The position numbers were made by a program, and so were the translations under genes. Below the pieces are notes generated by a model. That model was not told where the DNA came from and ran no database searches. It saw only the letters and a list, made by a program, of their open reading frames with translations. Shown in pieces: positions 19,310 through 28,473 of a stretch of 63,635 nt of DNA (its first letter is position 1; each line of letters begins with the position of its first letter). Origin of the DNA: an uncultured Candidatus Obscuribacterales bacterium (GTDB lineage: Bacteria > Cyanobacteriota > Vampirovibrionia > Obscuribacterales > Obscuribacteraceae); assembly GCA_964600935.1 (NCBI GenBank), contig CAZRMH010000001.1:1-63635 (forward strand), in the 5' to 3' direction.

Positions 19310-19389
19310 ATCAACTTCTACACTCGAACTTTGCAGAAAGAGTTTTACTCTTTCGCGCCCATTTTTATTCCCAAGTTCACTGTAGAACT

Positions 19390-22300
19390 ATGATTGATAA
19401 ACTGATTGAATTTGCGCTGACTCAACGCGCAGTGACACTGATGCTCGTCGTCGCCGTCGTTGTGCTCGGTCTCTACTCTATATTTACGATCCCGACGGAT
19501 TCGTTTCCTGACGTCAGCAACGTACAGGTGCAGATCATCACGGAACCCGAAAGCATGGCCTCCGAGGAAGTCGAATCGCTTGTTACCGTGCCTATTGAGT
19601 ACGCATTGAACGGCTTGCCATTCATCCAGAAAGTTCGCTCCAGTTCGGAATTCGGGATGTCTGTTGTCACCGCCATCTTCGATGACAACTGCGATGTTTA
19701 TTTCGCCAGACAGCTCGTGCAACAGCGCTTGAATACGATCGAATTAGCAGCTGACGTTCCTCGTCCGCAGCTCGGTCCACTGATATCAAGTTTCAGTCAA
19801 GTCTTCATGTATCGAGTATCGAGTCCCAAGCACGATTTGACCGAACTTCGCACAATACAAGATTGGAATATCTCAAAACGATTGCTTGCGGTAAACGGCG
19901 TCGGCAACGTCGTCACGTATGGCGGCTGGGTCAAGCAGTATCAGATTTTCATCGATCAGTATAAATTGCGCGCCTTCAAACTACGAGTACAAGATGTCCT
20001 CGACATCGTCGCCAACAGCAACATAAATGCCGGTGGAAACTTCATCGAGGTGGGCGATGAAGAAGTGATCATCCGTGGTTTAGGTCGTATCAAAAAATTA
20101 GAGGATATCTCAAATATTGTTCTAAAGGAGACTCGCGGAACGCCGCTGCTTTTGAGCCAGGTGGCTAAAGTAAAAATCGGTCCAGCTTTCCGTCGTGGCT
20201 CCGCTTCGATCAACGGCGAAGGCGAGGCAATTATCGGCATCGTGCTCTCCAGAAAAGGAGCGAATACAAAAGATGTTGTCGAAAAAATCGAAGCACGCCT
20301 GAAGAAGCTCGAGAAGACGCTGCCCGACGGTGTCAAAATCGAGAGTTTCTACAATCAAAAGGATCTGGTGGATAAGACCACAGAAACCGTAAAAGAGATT
20401 TTATTATTCAGCGGCGGCCTAGTAATAGTCGTTCTTTCTGCCATTCTCATGAATATTCCGGTATCACTGATAGTGGCGGTCGTGATCCCGTTATCGCTCC
20501 TTTTCAGCTTCGCGATGATGAAATTCACCGGTCTGTCAGCAAACCTGATGACCCTTGGCGCGGTTGATTTCGGTGTTGTTGTCGACGCCGGTGTGGTCAT
20601 GGTTGAAAATATTTTTCGAAAATTATCGATGGCATATGAGCGACATGGAGGAACAAAAAAGCTGGACACACTGCCGCTAATCATGCTGGCAGCCAAAGAA
20701 GTCGGTCGACCGATCACATTTGCAATGCTAATCATCGTCGCCGTGTACTTACCGTTATTCGCCCTGGAAGGCATCGAAGGAAAGATGTTCCACCCGCTGG
20801 CGCTGACTTTCATCTACGCATTGATAGGAGCTCTCGCAGTCGCGTTGTTGATTATTCCGGCAATGTGTTTCTGGTTCTTGAAAAAGCCGATTTATGAAAA
20901 ACACAGTCCAGTGGTGGAATGGACGAAGAAGCTTTACCTGCCAGCGCTCGATCGCGTTTTAAACAGACCAAAACCAATTCTTGTAGTATCAACTACGGTA
21001 CTTATCGCAACCTGCTGCCTGATTCCGTTTCTCGGTTCGGAATTTATGCCCAGTTTGGACGAAGGCAGTATTTGGCTGCGTTTGCGAATGCCCCCGAGTA
21101 TTTCGCACACCAGAACGATTCAATTCACTCACATAGTAGAGAAGATGTTGACCAAGTTTCCTGAAGTTTCCGTGGTGGCGACAAGAATCGGTAGATCAGG
21201 CATGGGCTCTGACATCGAAGGTGTCGACGCGGCCGATATTTACATCGGATTGAAACCAAAATCGGAATGGCAAGATCGAGACAAACAAAAATTGATCGAT
21301 CGAATGGCGGCAGAATGCGCTCAAGTTCCAGGCATGATGTACAGCTTCTCGCAACCGATTGCCGACATGATCGATGATTTGATCACCGGTATCAAAGCTG
21401 ACGTCGGTATCAAAGTATTCGGTGATGACTTACAAACAATCAGTAATTCATTGGACCAGATCAGAAATGCGGTGCGGCAAGTCAAGGGTACAGCAGACGT
21501 TACGAGGGAACCGATTATTGGCGCCCCTCAGTTGAAAGTGGAATTCCGAAGGCAGGAACTTGCGCGCCATGGTCTGCAAATCGGCGAAGTTCAAAACATT
21601 TTGCAAACCGCGCTTGCCGGTAAAGTGGTGACCGAAGTGATCGAAGGCAGCCGCCGCTTCGGCGTACTGGTGCGCTTTCCACAAGAGTACAGACGGACTG
21701 AAGATGACATACGCAATATGGTGATTGACGCTCCCGACGGCGTGCAACTCTCGCTCGATCGAATAGCCGATATTAGAACCGAAAGAGGCGCACTGTTGAT
21801 TAGCCGCGAAGACGGACAGCGCCGGGGCGCGGTCATGGTCAACATCCGTGGACGAGACCTGGGTAGTTGGATTCAAGACGCTCAAGCCGTGGTGGCAAAG
21901 CGAGTGAAACTGCCGAGCGGCTATTCGATAGTTTGGGGTGGACAGTTCGACAACCAGCAGCGCGCAATGACACGTCTTGCCGTGGTCGTTCCCATCGTTC
22001 TTTTCCTCATATTCATCCTTCTGTTCTTCACATTCCATTCCTTCAGTCACGCTGCGATAATTATGTTGAACGTTCCGTTTGCTACCATTGGCGGTATCAT
22101 CGCCTTGTACATCTCTCAGCAACCAGTCTCAGTTCCCGCAATCATCGGATTTATCGCACTGTTTGGAGTAGCCGTGCAAAACGGTGTCATTTTAATCAGC
22201 TACATCTCGCAACTCGAGCATCAAGGAATGCCTTCACTTCAGGCGATCCGAGAAGGCGCTACCGTTCGTTTGCGTCCCGTGGTAATGACAGCTTTAGTGG

Positions 22301-22506
22301 CAATGATGGGACTTTTACCGAAACTGTTTTCGGACGGTACCGGTGCGGAGATTCAACGTCCACTGGCAACGGTCGTCTTCGGCGGTTTGCTCACGGCAAC
22401 ATCGATGACACTCCTGGTTCTGCCATGCATCTACATGCTGGTCAACAAGCACAAGGATACAGATAACGCTGTGGACGACGACCATGATGAAGTTTCCTCA
22501 CCATAA
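19390..22506 (+). CDS. RND efflux permease, CusA/CzcA heavy-metal efflux family
   Basis: 1038 aa with 12-TM RND architecture. The N-terminus IEFALTQRAVTLMLVVAVVVLGLYS..IP.D.FPDVSNVQVQI is typical of HME-RND pumps. Confidence 0.9.
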   Translation: MIDKLIEFALTQRAVTLMLVVAVVVLGLYSIFTIPTDSFPDVSNVQVQIITEPESMASEEVESLVTVPIEYALNGLPFIQKVRSSSEFGMSVVTAIFDDNCDVYFARQLVQQRLNTIELAADVPRPQLGPLISSFSQVFMYRVSSPKHDLTELRTIQDWNISKRLLAVNGVGNVVTYGGWVKQYQIFIDQYKLRAFKLRVQDVLDIVANSNINAGGNFIEVGDEEVIIRGLGRIKKLEDISNIVLKETRGTPLLLSQVAKVKIGPAFRRGSASINGEGEAIIGIVLSRKGANTKDVVEKIEARLKKLEKTLPDGVKIESFYNQKDLVDKTTETVKEILLFSGGLVIVVLSAILMNIPVSLIVAVVIPLSLLFSFAMMKFTGLSANLMTLGAVDFGVVVDAGVVMVENIFRKLSMAYERHGGTKKLDTLPLIMLAAKEVGRPITFAMLIIVAVYLPLFALEGIEGKMFHPLALTFIYALIGALAVALLIIPAMCFWFLKKPIYEKHSPVVEWTKKLYLPALDRVLNRPKPILVVSTTVLIATCCLIPFLGSEFMPSLDEGSIWLRLRMPPSISHTRTIQFTHIVEKMLTKFPEVSVVATRIGRSGMGSDIEGVDAADIYIGLKPKSEWQDRDKQKLIDRMAAECAQVPGMMYSFSQPIADMIDDLITGIKADVGIKVFGDDLQTISNSLDQIRNAVRQVKGTADVTREPIIGAPQLKVEFRRQELARHGLQIGEVQNILQTALAGKVVTEVIEGSRRFGVLVRFPQEYRRTEDDIRNMVIDAPDGVQLSLDRIADIRTERGALLISREDGQRRGAVMVNIRGRDLGSWIQDAQAVVAKRVKLPSGYSIVWGGQFDNQQRAMTRLAVVVPIVLFLIFILLFFTFHSFSHAAIIMLNVPFATIGGIIALYISQQPVSVPAIIGFIALFGVAVQNGVILISYISQLEHQGMPSLQAIREGATVRLRPVVMTALVAMMGLLPKLFSDGTGAEIQRPLATVVFGGLLTATSMTLLVLPCIYMLVNKHKDTDNAVDDDHDEVSSP

Positions 22507-22584
22507 GTTCCCAAGACTCGATATACAAGAATGCAAACAGTTTGAAAACCGCGAGCGTCTTCTGTCTCAAGTTAAGAACTCAAT

Positions 22585-23142
22585 CTAACCAGAGATCTCG
22601 GTGACTCGAACTTCTAAAGTCATTTCAGTATGACTTCGCAATGCCGCGGACACTGCGGATGAAACACTCATACGCGCATGCGTAATAGCGATGGCCAGAG
22701 CATCGGAAGCATCATCGGGTTTGACGATTTGATCGAGATTTAAAAGTTTAGCCACAGCAGTTTGCACAAAACTCTTCTCAGCTCGGCCAAAACCGGTAAC
22801 GCACATCTTCACCTGCATGGGCGTGTACTCGACAGTTTCATAGCCCGATGTGCAAGCCGACTCGAGGATGACACCACGAGCTTGCGAAACGGGTACGAGC
22901 GTTTTGGCATTCTTAAAGAAGAAGATTGACTCTACCGCTACGACATCCGGTCGAAACTCGTCCAGTAGCGTAATCATATCTCGACGAATCATGGAAAGAC
23001 GAGCAGCCGGTGCCATTGTTTTAGGAGTCGATATTACTCCCGAAGACATATATCGATACCGGTCGCCTTCGAACTTCTCGACCATGCCGAAGCCCACGGT
23101 TGCTGTCCCTGGGTCTATTCCTAATATTCGATGGCCAGACAA
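22585..23142 (-). CDS. ruvC: crossover junction endodeoxyribonuclease RuvC
   Basis: ILGIDPGTATVGFG, VAVESIFF and ASDALAIAITHA acidic catalytic motifs. Confidence 0.9.
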   Translation of the reverse strand: MSGHRILGIDPGTATVGFGMVEKFEGDRYRYMSSGVISTPKTMAPAARLSMIRRDMITLLDEFRPDVVAVESIFFFKNAKTLVPVSQARGVILESACTSGYETVEYTPMQVKMCVTGFGRAEKSFVQTAVAKLLNLDQIVKPDDASDALAIAITHARMSVSSAVSAALRSHTEMTLEVRVTEISG

Positions 23143-23221
23143 TGGATATCCCTCAAATAAGTCTCAACCACAGCGAGCCTCAGACCGTGTAACATTGTCA
23201 CGTATTGAGAGTAGCCGAGAA

Positions 23222-24862
23222 GTGTACAGCAAGCAAGTAGTAAGAGATACGACAGAGCTGTTCGGGCGACCGACTGTGCTGCAGCGTCTCGCGGTGACAT
23301 ATAAATTGCCGCTGGCGTTCTTTTTTGGCGGACTGTTAGGGCTTTCCAGTGCCGGTTTCGAACTCTGGTGGCTGGTCTGGATCGGCTTGGCACCACTACT
23401 GGTATTACTGCGCGGATGCAACACGAAAGTAGAAGCGGCCGTTGTCGGGCTCGCCTTCGGAATGGGCTATCACGCAATTTCGTTGAGCTGGTATTTGGGA
23501 TTAGCACCACTGAGCTGGATGGGTCTGCACTTCATCGTGGGATATCAAGTCAGCATCTTAATTTGGCTGCTCGAGTCGCTGCACCAATCGCTTCTGACTT
23601 GCGCGTTCGCTGTTCTGGTCTACTGCCTGCCATTGAGAGCGGGCTTCCTTCCGAATATCGAGCGACCGTTCTTCCCGTATCTGATTGCAGTTCCTTTAAT
23701 CTGGGTGTTCCTGCAATGGATGATAGCACCGTCTGAAATTTTCCTGGGCATGCCAATCAATCAGCTCGCCTATTCACAGTATAAGCAGCTGCCGTTGATT
23801 CAAATAGCCTCAGTCGGCGGTAGTGGCAGTCTCGATTTTCTGATCGTTTTATTCAATGCTACGGTCGCTAACCTTTTTCTTGAATTAAGTAGAACCGCTC
23901 GGAGACTGGGTGAAAGAACGGACAATTTTTCCACGCGATTTGGCAGCGGTTTCGATATCGCCGTCGTACTAATTGCAGTGCTAGGACTTTGTAGCTGGGG
24001 ATCGGCACGCATAGCCGGAATAAACAAGCGCATAGATTCGGCCACGGCAACCAGCCTCAATTCACAAACGCCACCAGTTTCCGTGGCGGTCGTTCAGGGC
24101 AACGTCACTATAGAAGAGGAACGATTAAACGTTTCCAAACCAAAAGATATCGCGCGCCGATATTCTGCATTATGCGCCGACCTCGGCTCCTCGATTCTCT
24201 GCCTTCCGGAAGGTGCAATCAATGCAGCCCAAATGCAGCCGGGATGCCTGCTCAGTATCCTCAAGAACATCGTTTACAAACAAAAGAAAGAAGTTATTGT
24301 CGGCTCGATCGAAACACTGCAAAGCGGTCTCGCCAACGCCACGGTGCTGATTAATCCAGGTCGAAAGGGTCGTGATTTATATTTGAAGCAGCGGCTGGTG
24401 CCGATCTCTGAATTTCTTCCGCAGTTTATCCACGGCGATCAGTTTCCAGCCCCAATTAAGGAGCGCATCCCAGCGACCCGAGAGAGCTTCCTGAACGCTC
24501 ACTCCTCACAACTAGCCAAGAGCCAGTGGGGCAATGTCGGTATGTCTATCTATATAGAGTTGATCTATCCGAAGCTAATCGCCAACGAAGTCCGCAACGG
24601 CGCCTCGCTTCTCGTAAATGTTTCTAACCTGGCATGGTTTCACAACGCCTCTGTAGACCGACAATTACTCGCTGCAGCAGTTTTTCGTTCTGTCGAAAAT
24701 GAGCGCTACCTTGTCCTGGCAGCCAACTCCGGAATTTCGGCAGTAATCGACCCAACCGGTACGATTAATTCCATGTCTTTGCGGGGACAGCGAGGAGTGC
24801 TCCTCAACACGATACAATTTCTCTACGACAAGACTCCCTTTAACAAAATGTGGTGGTTGTGA
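23222..24862 (+). CDS. lnt: apolipoprotein N-acyltransferase homologue (no Cys at the expected nucleophile position)
   Basis: N-terminal polytopic membrane part plus a C-terminal CN-hydrolase domain (LCLPEGAI, KQRLVPISEFLP, then SIYIE where ICYE is expected). The start is uncertain, with GTG candidates at 23222, 23276 and 23294. The track ORF start at 22850 overlaps ruvC antisense. Confidence 0.7.
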   Translation: MYSKQVVRDTTELFGRPTVLQRLAVTYKLPLAFFFGGLLGLSSAGFELWWLVWIGLAPLLVLLRGCNTKVEAAVVGLAFGMGYHAISLSWYLGLAPLSWMGLHFIVGYQVSILIWLLESLHQSLLTCAFAVLVYCLPLRAGFLPNIERPFFPYLIAVPLIWVFLQWMIAPSEIFLGMPINQLAYSQYKQLPLIQIASVGGSGSLDFLIVLFNATVANLFLELSRTARRLGERTDNFSTRFGSGFDIAVVLIAVLGLCSWGSARIAGINKRIDSATATSLNSQTPPVSVAVVQGNVTIEEERLNVSKPKDIARRYSALCADLGSSILCLPEGAINAAQMQPGCLLSILKNIVYKQKKEVIVGSIETLQSGLANATVLINPGRKGRDLYLKQRLVPISEFLPQFIHGDQFPAPIKERIPATRESFLNAHSSQLAKSQWGNVGMSIYIELIYPKLIANEVRNGASLLVNVSNLAWFHNASVDRQLLAAAVFRSVENERYLVLAANSGISAVIDPTGTINSMSLRGQRGVLLNTIQFLYDKTPFNKMWWL

Positions 24863-25338
24863 AGATATTGACTACTAGAATTCGGCTTATTCCCTCGCTC
24901 CTAACCGTGGCGGTTGCGGTATTGACTATGAATACGATTTTTCTAGATGAAGCCCTTGGAAAGATGCCGACTGCAACGATTGGCAAAAACGTGATCAAAC
25001 TGGAAGTCGCTCAAACGCCTCACGAAATTCAACGTGGTTTGATGGGCAGAACGGCACTGGATAAGGATTCCGGGATGGTTTTTCTTTTCAAACCAGCCTC
25101 GACCACCCGGTTTTGGATGTTCAACTGTTTCATTTCACTCGATATGCTGTTCATAAAAGATGGCAAGATCATGCGGATCTGCGAAGATGTGCCACCGTGC
25201 AAGTCTCAAGATCCATCGAAGTGTCCGACATATCCGGAAGATGAGTCTGTGACCGTGTCAGAGGTAATTGAAGTAAATGCGGGATATTGCAAACAGCATG
25301 GTATCAAACAAGGTGACACCGTCAAGTTCGATTTTTAA
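24850..25338 (+). CDS. DUF192 (COG1430) family protein, exported
   Basis: LEVAQTPHEIQRGLMGR...GMVFLF....FWMFN..ISLDMLFI..DGKI is the DUF192 pattern. The GTG start overlaps the lnt stop. Confidence 0.7.
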   Translation: MVVVKILTTRIRLIPSLLTVAVAVLTMNTIFLDEALGKMPTATIGKNVIKLEVAQTPHEIQRGLMGRTALDKDSGMVFLFKPASTTRFWMFNCFISLDMLFIKDGKIMRICEDVPPCKSQDPSKCPTYPEDESVTVSEVIEVNAGYCKQHGIKQGDTVKFDF

Positions 25339-25360
25339 AAGTACTACGCTCGAGAAACCC

Positions 25361-26125
25361 ATGTCAGACAAGTTCGATGTAATTCAAACGGAAATTGTAG
25401 ATCAAGTAGGTTGGCTCACCCTCAACCGTCCCGGTTATCGCAATGCGATTTCGCAGGACATGTGGCGCGCCATTCCGGAAAAACTTTCACAGATGCATGA
25501 TAATGGCGCCAAAGTCGTCGTAATCACAGGAGCAGGAGGAAACTTCGCTTCTGGTGCCGACTTAGAAGAGATGGAGCAAATCGACAATTATGCTCGCGCC
25601 CAGCATTTTTGGTATGCCTTGAGTGAAGCAGTCGATTACGTGTACTCGTTCGAAATTCCGATCATTGCGATGATCGATGGTGCCTGCATTGGTGGCGGTC
25701 TATTGCTATCGCTCGGATGCGATTTGCGCTACGCCAGTACGGACGCTAGTTTCGGTGTACCGGTCGCGCGACTGGGAATCGTACTCGATGACGAAAACAT
25801 CGCAAGACTGACATATCTGGTTGGACCAGCATTCGCCAAAGAAATGCTGTTCACAGGCGATGCTATATCTGCTCAAGACGCGCTTTCCATCGGGCTCGTA
25901 AATAAAGTAGAAGACGTCACTTCATTGCGTGCCACGGTCGAAAAGACCGCGAAAAAAATTATCGACAATGGTTATGCATCGATCATCGAATCGAAACGAT
26001 CTGTTCGCCGAGCCACATCAGAAGGCGCTCGCGGTGGGCTTCTACCTCAACACGAAACTGTAGTCGTAAGCAGCTATCTGACCTCGGATTTCCGCACGAG
26101 AATCAAACGTTTCTTCGGCGACTAG
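25361..26125 (+). CDS. crotonase-fold (enoyl-CoA hydratase/isomerase family) protein
   Basis: WLTLNRPGYRNA, VITGAGGNFASGADL and DGACIGGGLLLSLGCDLRYA. Note Leu where the first catalytic Glu of true hydratases sits. ATG at 25361 chosen over the upstream track start. Confidence 0.8.
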   Translation: MSDKFDVIQTEIVDQVGWLTLNRPGYRNAISQDMWRAIPEKLSQMHDNGAKVVVITGAGGNFASGADLEEMEQIDNYARAQHFWYALSEAVDYVYSFEIPIIAMIDGACIGGGLLLSLGCDLRYASTDASFGVPVARLGIVLDDENIARLTYLVGPAFAKEMLFTGDAISAQDALSIGLVNKVEDVTSLRATVEKTAKKIIDNGYASIIESKRSVRRATSEGARGGLLPQHETVVVSSYLTSDFRTRIKRFFGD

Positions 26126-26139
26126 GGTTCAGCGACTGA

Positions 26140-26180
26140 CTGTGGGGTACCACAGAATTACAATTTTGTCTTTTTTGCCA
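26140..26180 (+). terminator. probable terminator of the crotonase gene
   Basis: CTGTGG-GGTA-CCACAG hairpin followed by the T-rich AATTACAATTTTGTCTTTTTT. Confidence 0.4.
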
Positions 26181-26226
26181 TTAATTCCGTCAGTGCTCAA
26201 ACTGACTATCAAGCAATTTAACGTAG

Positions 26227-26245
26227 GGATACTCCTGGAGTATCC
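26227..26245. promoter_or_regulatory. perfect 19-bp palindrome GGATACTCC-T-GGAGTATCC (operator-like or leader hairpin)
   Basis: Read directly; 9-bp arms with a 1-nt centre, followed by GTTTT. It ends 19 nt before the kinase-1 ATG. Confidence 0.5.
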
Positions 26246-26264
26246 GTTTTAAACGCAGGGCATA

Positions 26265-28472
26265 ATGGATTATCCGGATGGCTTTGCAGGCTCGAAGAAG
26301 ATCGCAGAATCAAAATCAAGGCGAGAACAAAGAGACGAAAGAATTATGCGCTACAGCGACCATGTGTCGATGTTAGCGTTGTGGTGGAAAGCGATCTTTC
26401 TGCTGCCGATCTGGGGTTGGATTGTCGCGGCAATTTTCGGAGCCGGGATGACGCGTTTAGGGCCGGTATTCACAGACATCGGCTATCTAACCGTGATTTT
26501 TTCGGGTCTGGCATATTTTATCTCCGATGTTCTCAAACGCAAAATCAAAGTCGCCGACGGAATGCTATTTCACGGTTATGCCAGCCGTCCGCTATCAAAG
26601 CTGTCGACGTTCTCAGTAAACTATGAAACCGACAAATTAATTCCCAAAGAAATCGTCCTCACGTTTCAAGACGGTTATATCTGGCCGTTTGAACTGACAA
26701 GACTCGATGCCAAAGACGTGCATTACCTGGTCAAATACGTCGACAAACATTACCCGCACTGCAATATAGACCCTACGCTGCGCACACTTTCTCGCTGTCA
26801 GGAACTCAGTCCTCAAATGCGAAGCGCCTTGAGCCCGCAAATCGAGATTCCGTATCATGCGCACCGGGTGATGACAGAAACATTCAACGGATTCATGAAC
26901 AGCTTGAGCAGCTGGGCTAGAGTCGGTCCACTGCTGGTCTGTTGTCTCTGCCCTCTAATCTGGCTCAACAGCACTTGGTTTGTTTACCTTTTATCCAATT
27001 CTGCCAAGACATTTGATGTGTCGTCACTTCCACAAAAAGCGTCGACAGCAATTTCGGGTTTCTTCGGAGCGTGGAGCACATTTTTAACCAAGGGCATCTC
27101 CAGCGCAGCTGAGATCGCAGCCAATCCACTTGTCGGAATGATAGCGGCGATCGTGTCGTTATTTCTATTTATCAATCTCCTTCGAAGATTGCACCAACCG
27201 ACTCTTCTCATCCTCGATCAATCCGGTATCAATTTTATGCAAGGCTACAAACTAGTTCGATACAAAATGGCATCACTGAACTGGTTTGACATCGGAAGCG
27301 CAGACATGACCCGTTCATCGGAGTCTTCGCAACCGGATCAGTGGAAAATAGTTCTCAAAGGTAAGGATGGAAAGGTCTTAAAAACACTCGAGTACGGAGC
27401 ATTCGACCCAAGAGGAAGAGCCGATTTTTATGAGCGGTTGAAACACTTTGCTCCCGGATGTTTGATTACACCGACACTCGCGGAAGCGCTGATGTCGCAA
27501 CAACAAACGAGTTATACAGAACTATGGTTACAGTCACTGTCGAGTTCACCAGAACGGGAAAAACTGGAGCCGTTAGAACCGGGAAATACACTCAATGAAG
27601 GACGCTACGAAGTGCTCATGAAACTCGGTGTAGGCGGTCAGGGAGCCGCTTACCTCAGTCGTGTCAATTCCAGTTTGGAAAAAAATCTATGCGAAGAAGT
27701 GGTTTTAAAAGAAACAATTTTTCCGATTTTTGTCGAAGAATCTGTTCGGAGACAATCGCTTGAGCGCTTCGAGCATGAGGCGCGAACGCTCAATCTGCTT
27801 TCTCACGATCGGATTGTAAAACTGCGTGATTATTTCGTCGAAGATCATCGCGGTTATCTGGTGTTAGAACACATCGAGGGCAAAAACCTACGAGACCACG
27901 CTCTCGGCCGACCAATGGACGAGAAAGAAGTGATCGAATTGGCTCTGCAGATGTGCGACATGCTCGAGTATTTGCATGAAAGAAACGTCATTCACCGCGA
28001 CTTCACCCCGGACAACCTCATGCTCGAAGTCACTGGTACAGTAAAACTAATCGACTTCAACGTGGCCCAGACTCATGATACTGGAATGACGGGAACCGTG
28101 GTCGGTAAGCATGCTTACGTGCCGCCGGAGCAGTTTCGTGGAAAACCAATCCATGCAAGTGACATCTATGCAATGGGTTGCACTCTCTACTTTATGCTAT
28201 CCGGAAAGGATCCGGAGCCCATCACGCAATCAAAGATTCGTAGCAAACGCGAGGAGATTAGCACCGCACTCGATACCATCATTCAAAAATGTACGACGCT
28301 AAAGACCGAACAGCGCTACCAGGACGCCAGCGCTCTGAGAGCCGATCTGCTGTCCGCACTCGAGCATGAAGGCACCCGATTGAAGATCGCAACTGAAGAC
28401 GAAAGGGTTGCGGTCGCTCATGGTGGCACAATTAAGCTCGAAGAAAATCTTGTTAAACAGGAGAGCGAATAA
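26265..28472 (+). CDS. polytopic membrane protein with C-terminal atypical Hanks-type kinase domain (kinase 1)
   Basis: 735 aa with about 5 hydrophobic segments and two repeated soluble modules. Then LGVGGQGAAY, VVLKE, HRDFTPDN (27993-28016), DFN (28053-28061) and YVPPEQF. Confidence 0.8.
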   Translation: MDYPDGFAGSKKIAESKSRREQRDERIMRYSDHVSMLALWWKAIFLLPIWGWIVAAIFGAGMTRLGPVFTDIGYLTVIFSGLAYFISDVLKRKIKVADGMLFHGYASRPLSKLSTFSVNYETDKLIPKEIVLTFQDGYIWPFELTRLDAKDVHYLVKYVDKHYPHCNIDPTLRTLSRCQELSPQMRSALSPQIEIPYHAHRVMTETFNGFMNSLSSWARVGPLLVCCLCPLIWLNSTWFVYLLSNSAKTFDVSSLPQKASTAISGFFGAWSTFLTKGISSAAEIAANPLVGMIAAIVSLFLFINLLRRLHQPTLLILDQSGINFMQGYKLVRYKMASLNWFDIGSADMTRSSESSQPDQWKIVLKGKDGKVLKTLEYGAFDPRGRADFYERLKHFAPGCLITPTLAEALMSQQQTSYTELWLQSLSSSPEREKLEPLEPGNTLNEGRYEVLMKLGVGGQGAAYLSRVNSSLEKNLCEEVVLKETIFPIFVEESVRRQSLERFEHEARTLNLLSHDRIVKLRDYFVEDHRGYLVLEHIEGKNLRDHALGRPMDEKEVIELALQMCDMLEYLHERNVIHRDFTPDNLMLEVTGTVKLIDFNVAQTHDTGMTGTVVGKHAYVPPEQFRGKPIHASDIYAMGCTLYFMLSGKDPEPITQSKIRSKREEISTALDTIIQKCTTLKTEQRYQDASALRADLLSALEHEGTRLKIATEDERVAVAHGGTIKLEENLVKQESE

Positions 28473-28473
28473 T

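Noticed and set aside
21448-22122. 224-aa minus-strand ORF inside the RND pump gene. Other antisense ORFs occur at 19345-19722, 19956-20336 and 20355-20813.
   Set aside because: They are fully embedded antisense in a strongly supported 1038-aa CDS and have no motifs. They look like typical shadow ORFs.
22850-23221. Long N-terminal extension of the lnt ORF (track start 22850).
   Set aside because: This part lies antisense to ruvC and has odd composition. The Lnt membrane domain only begins around residue 150, so an internal GTG start is more plausible.
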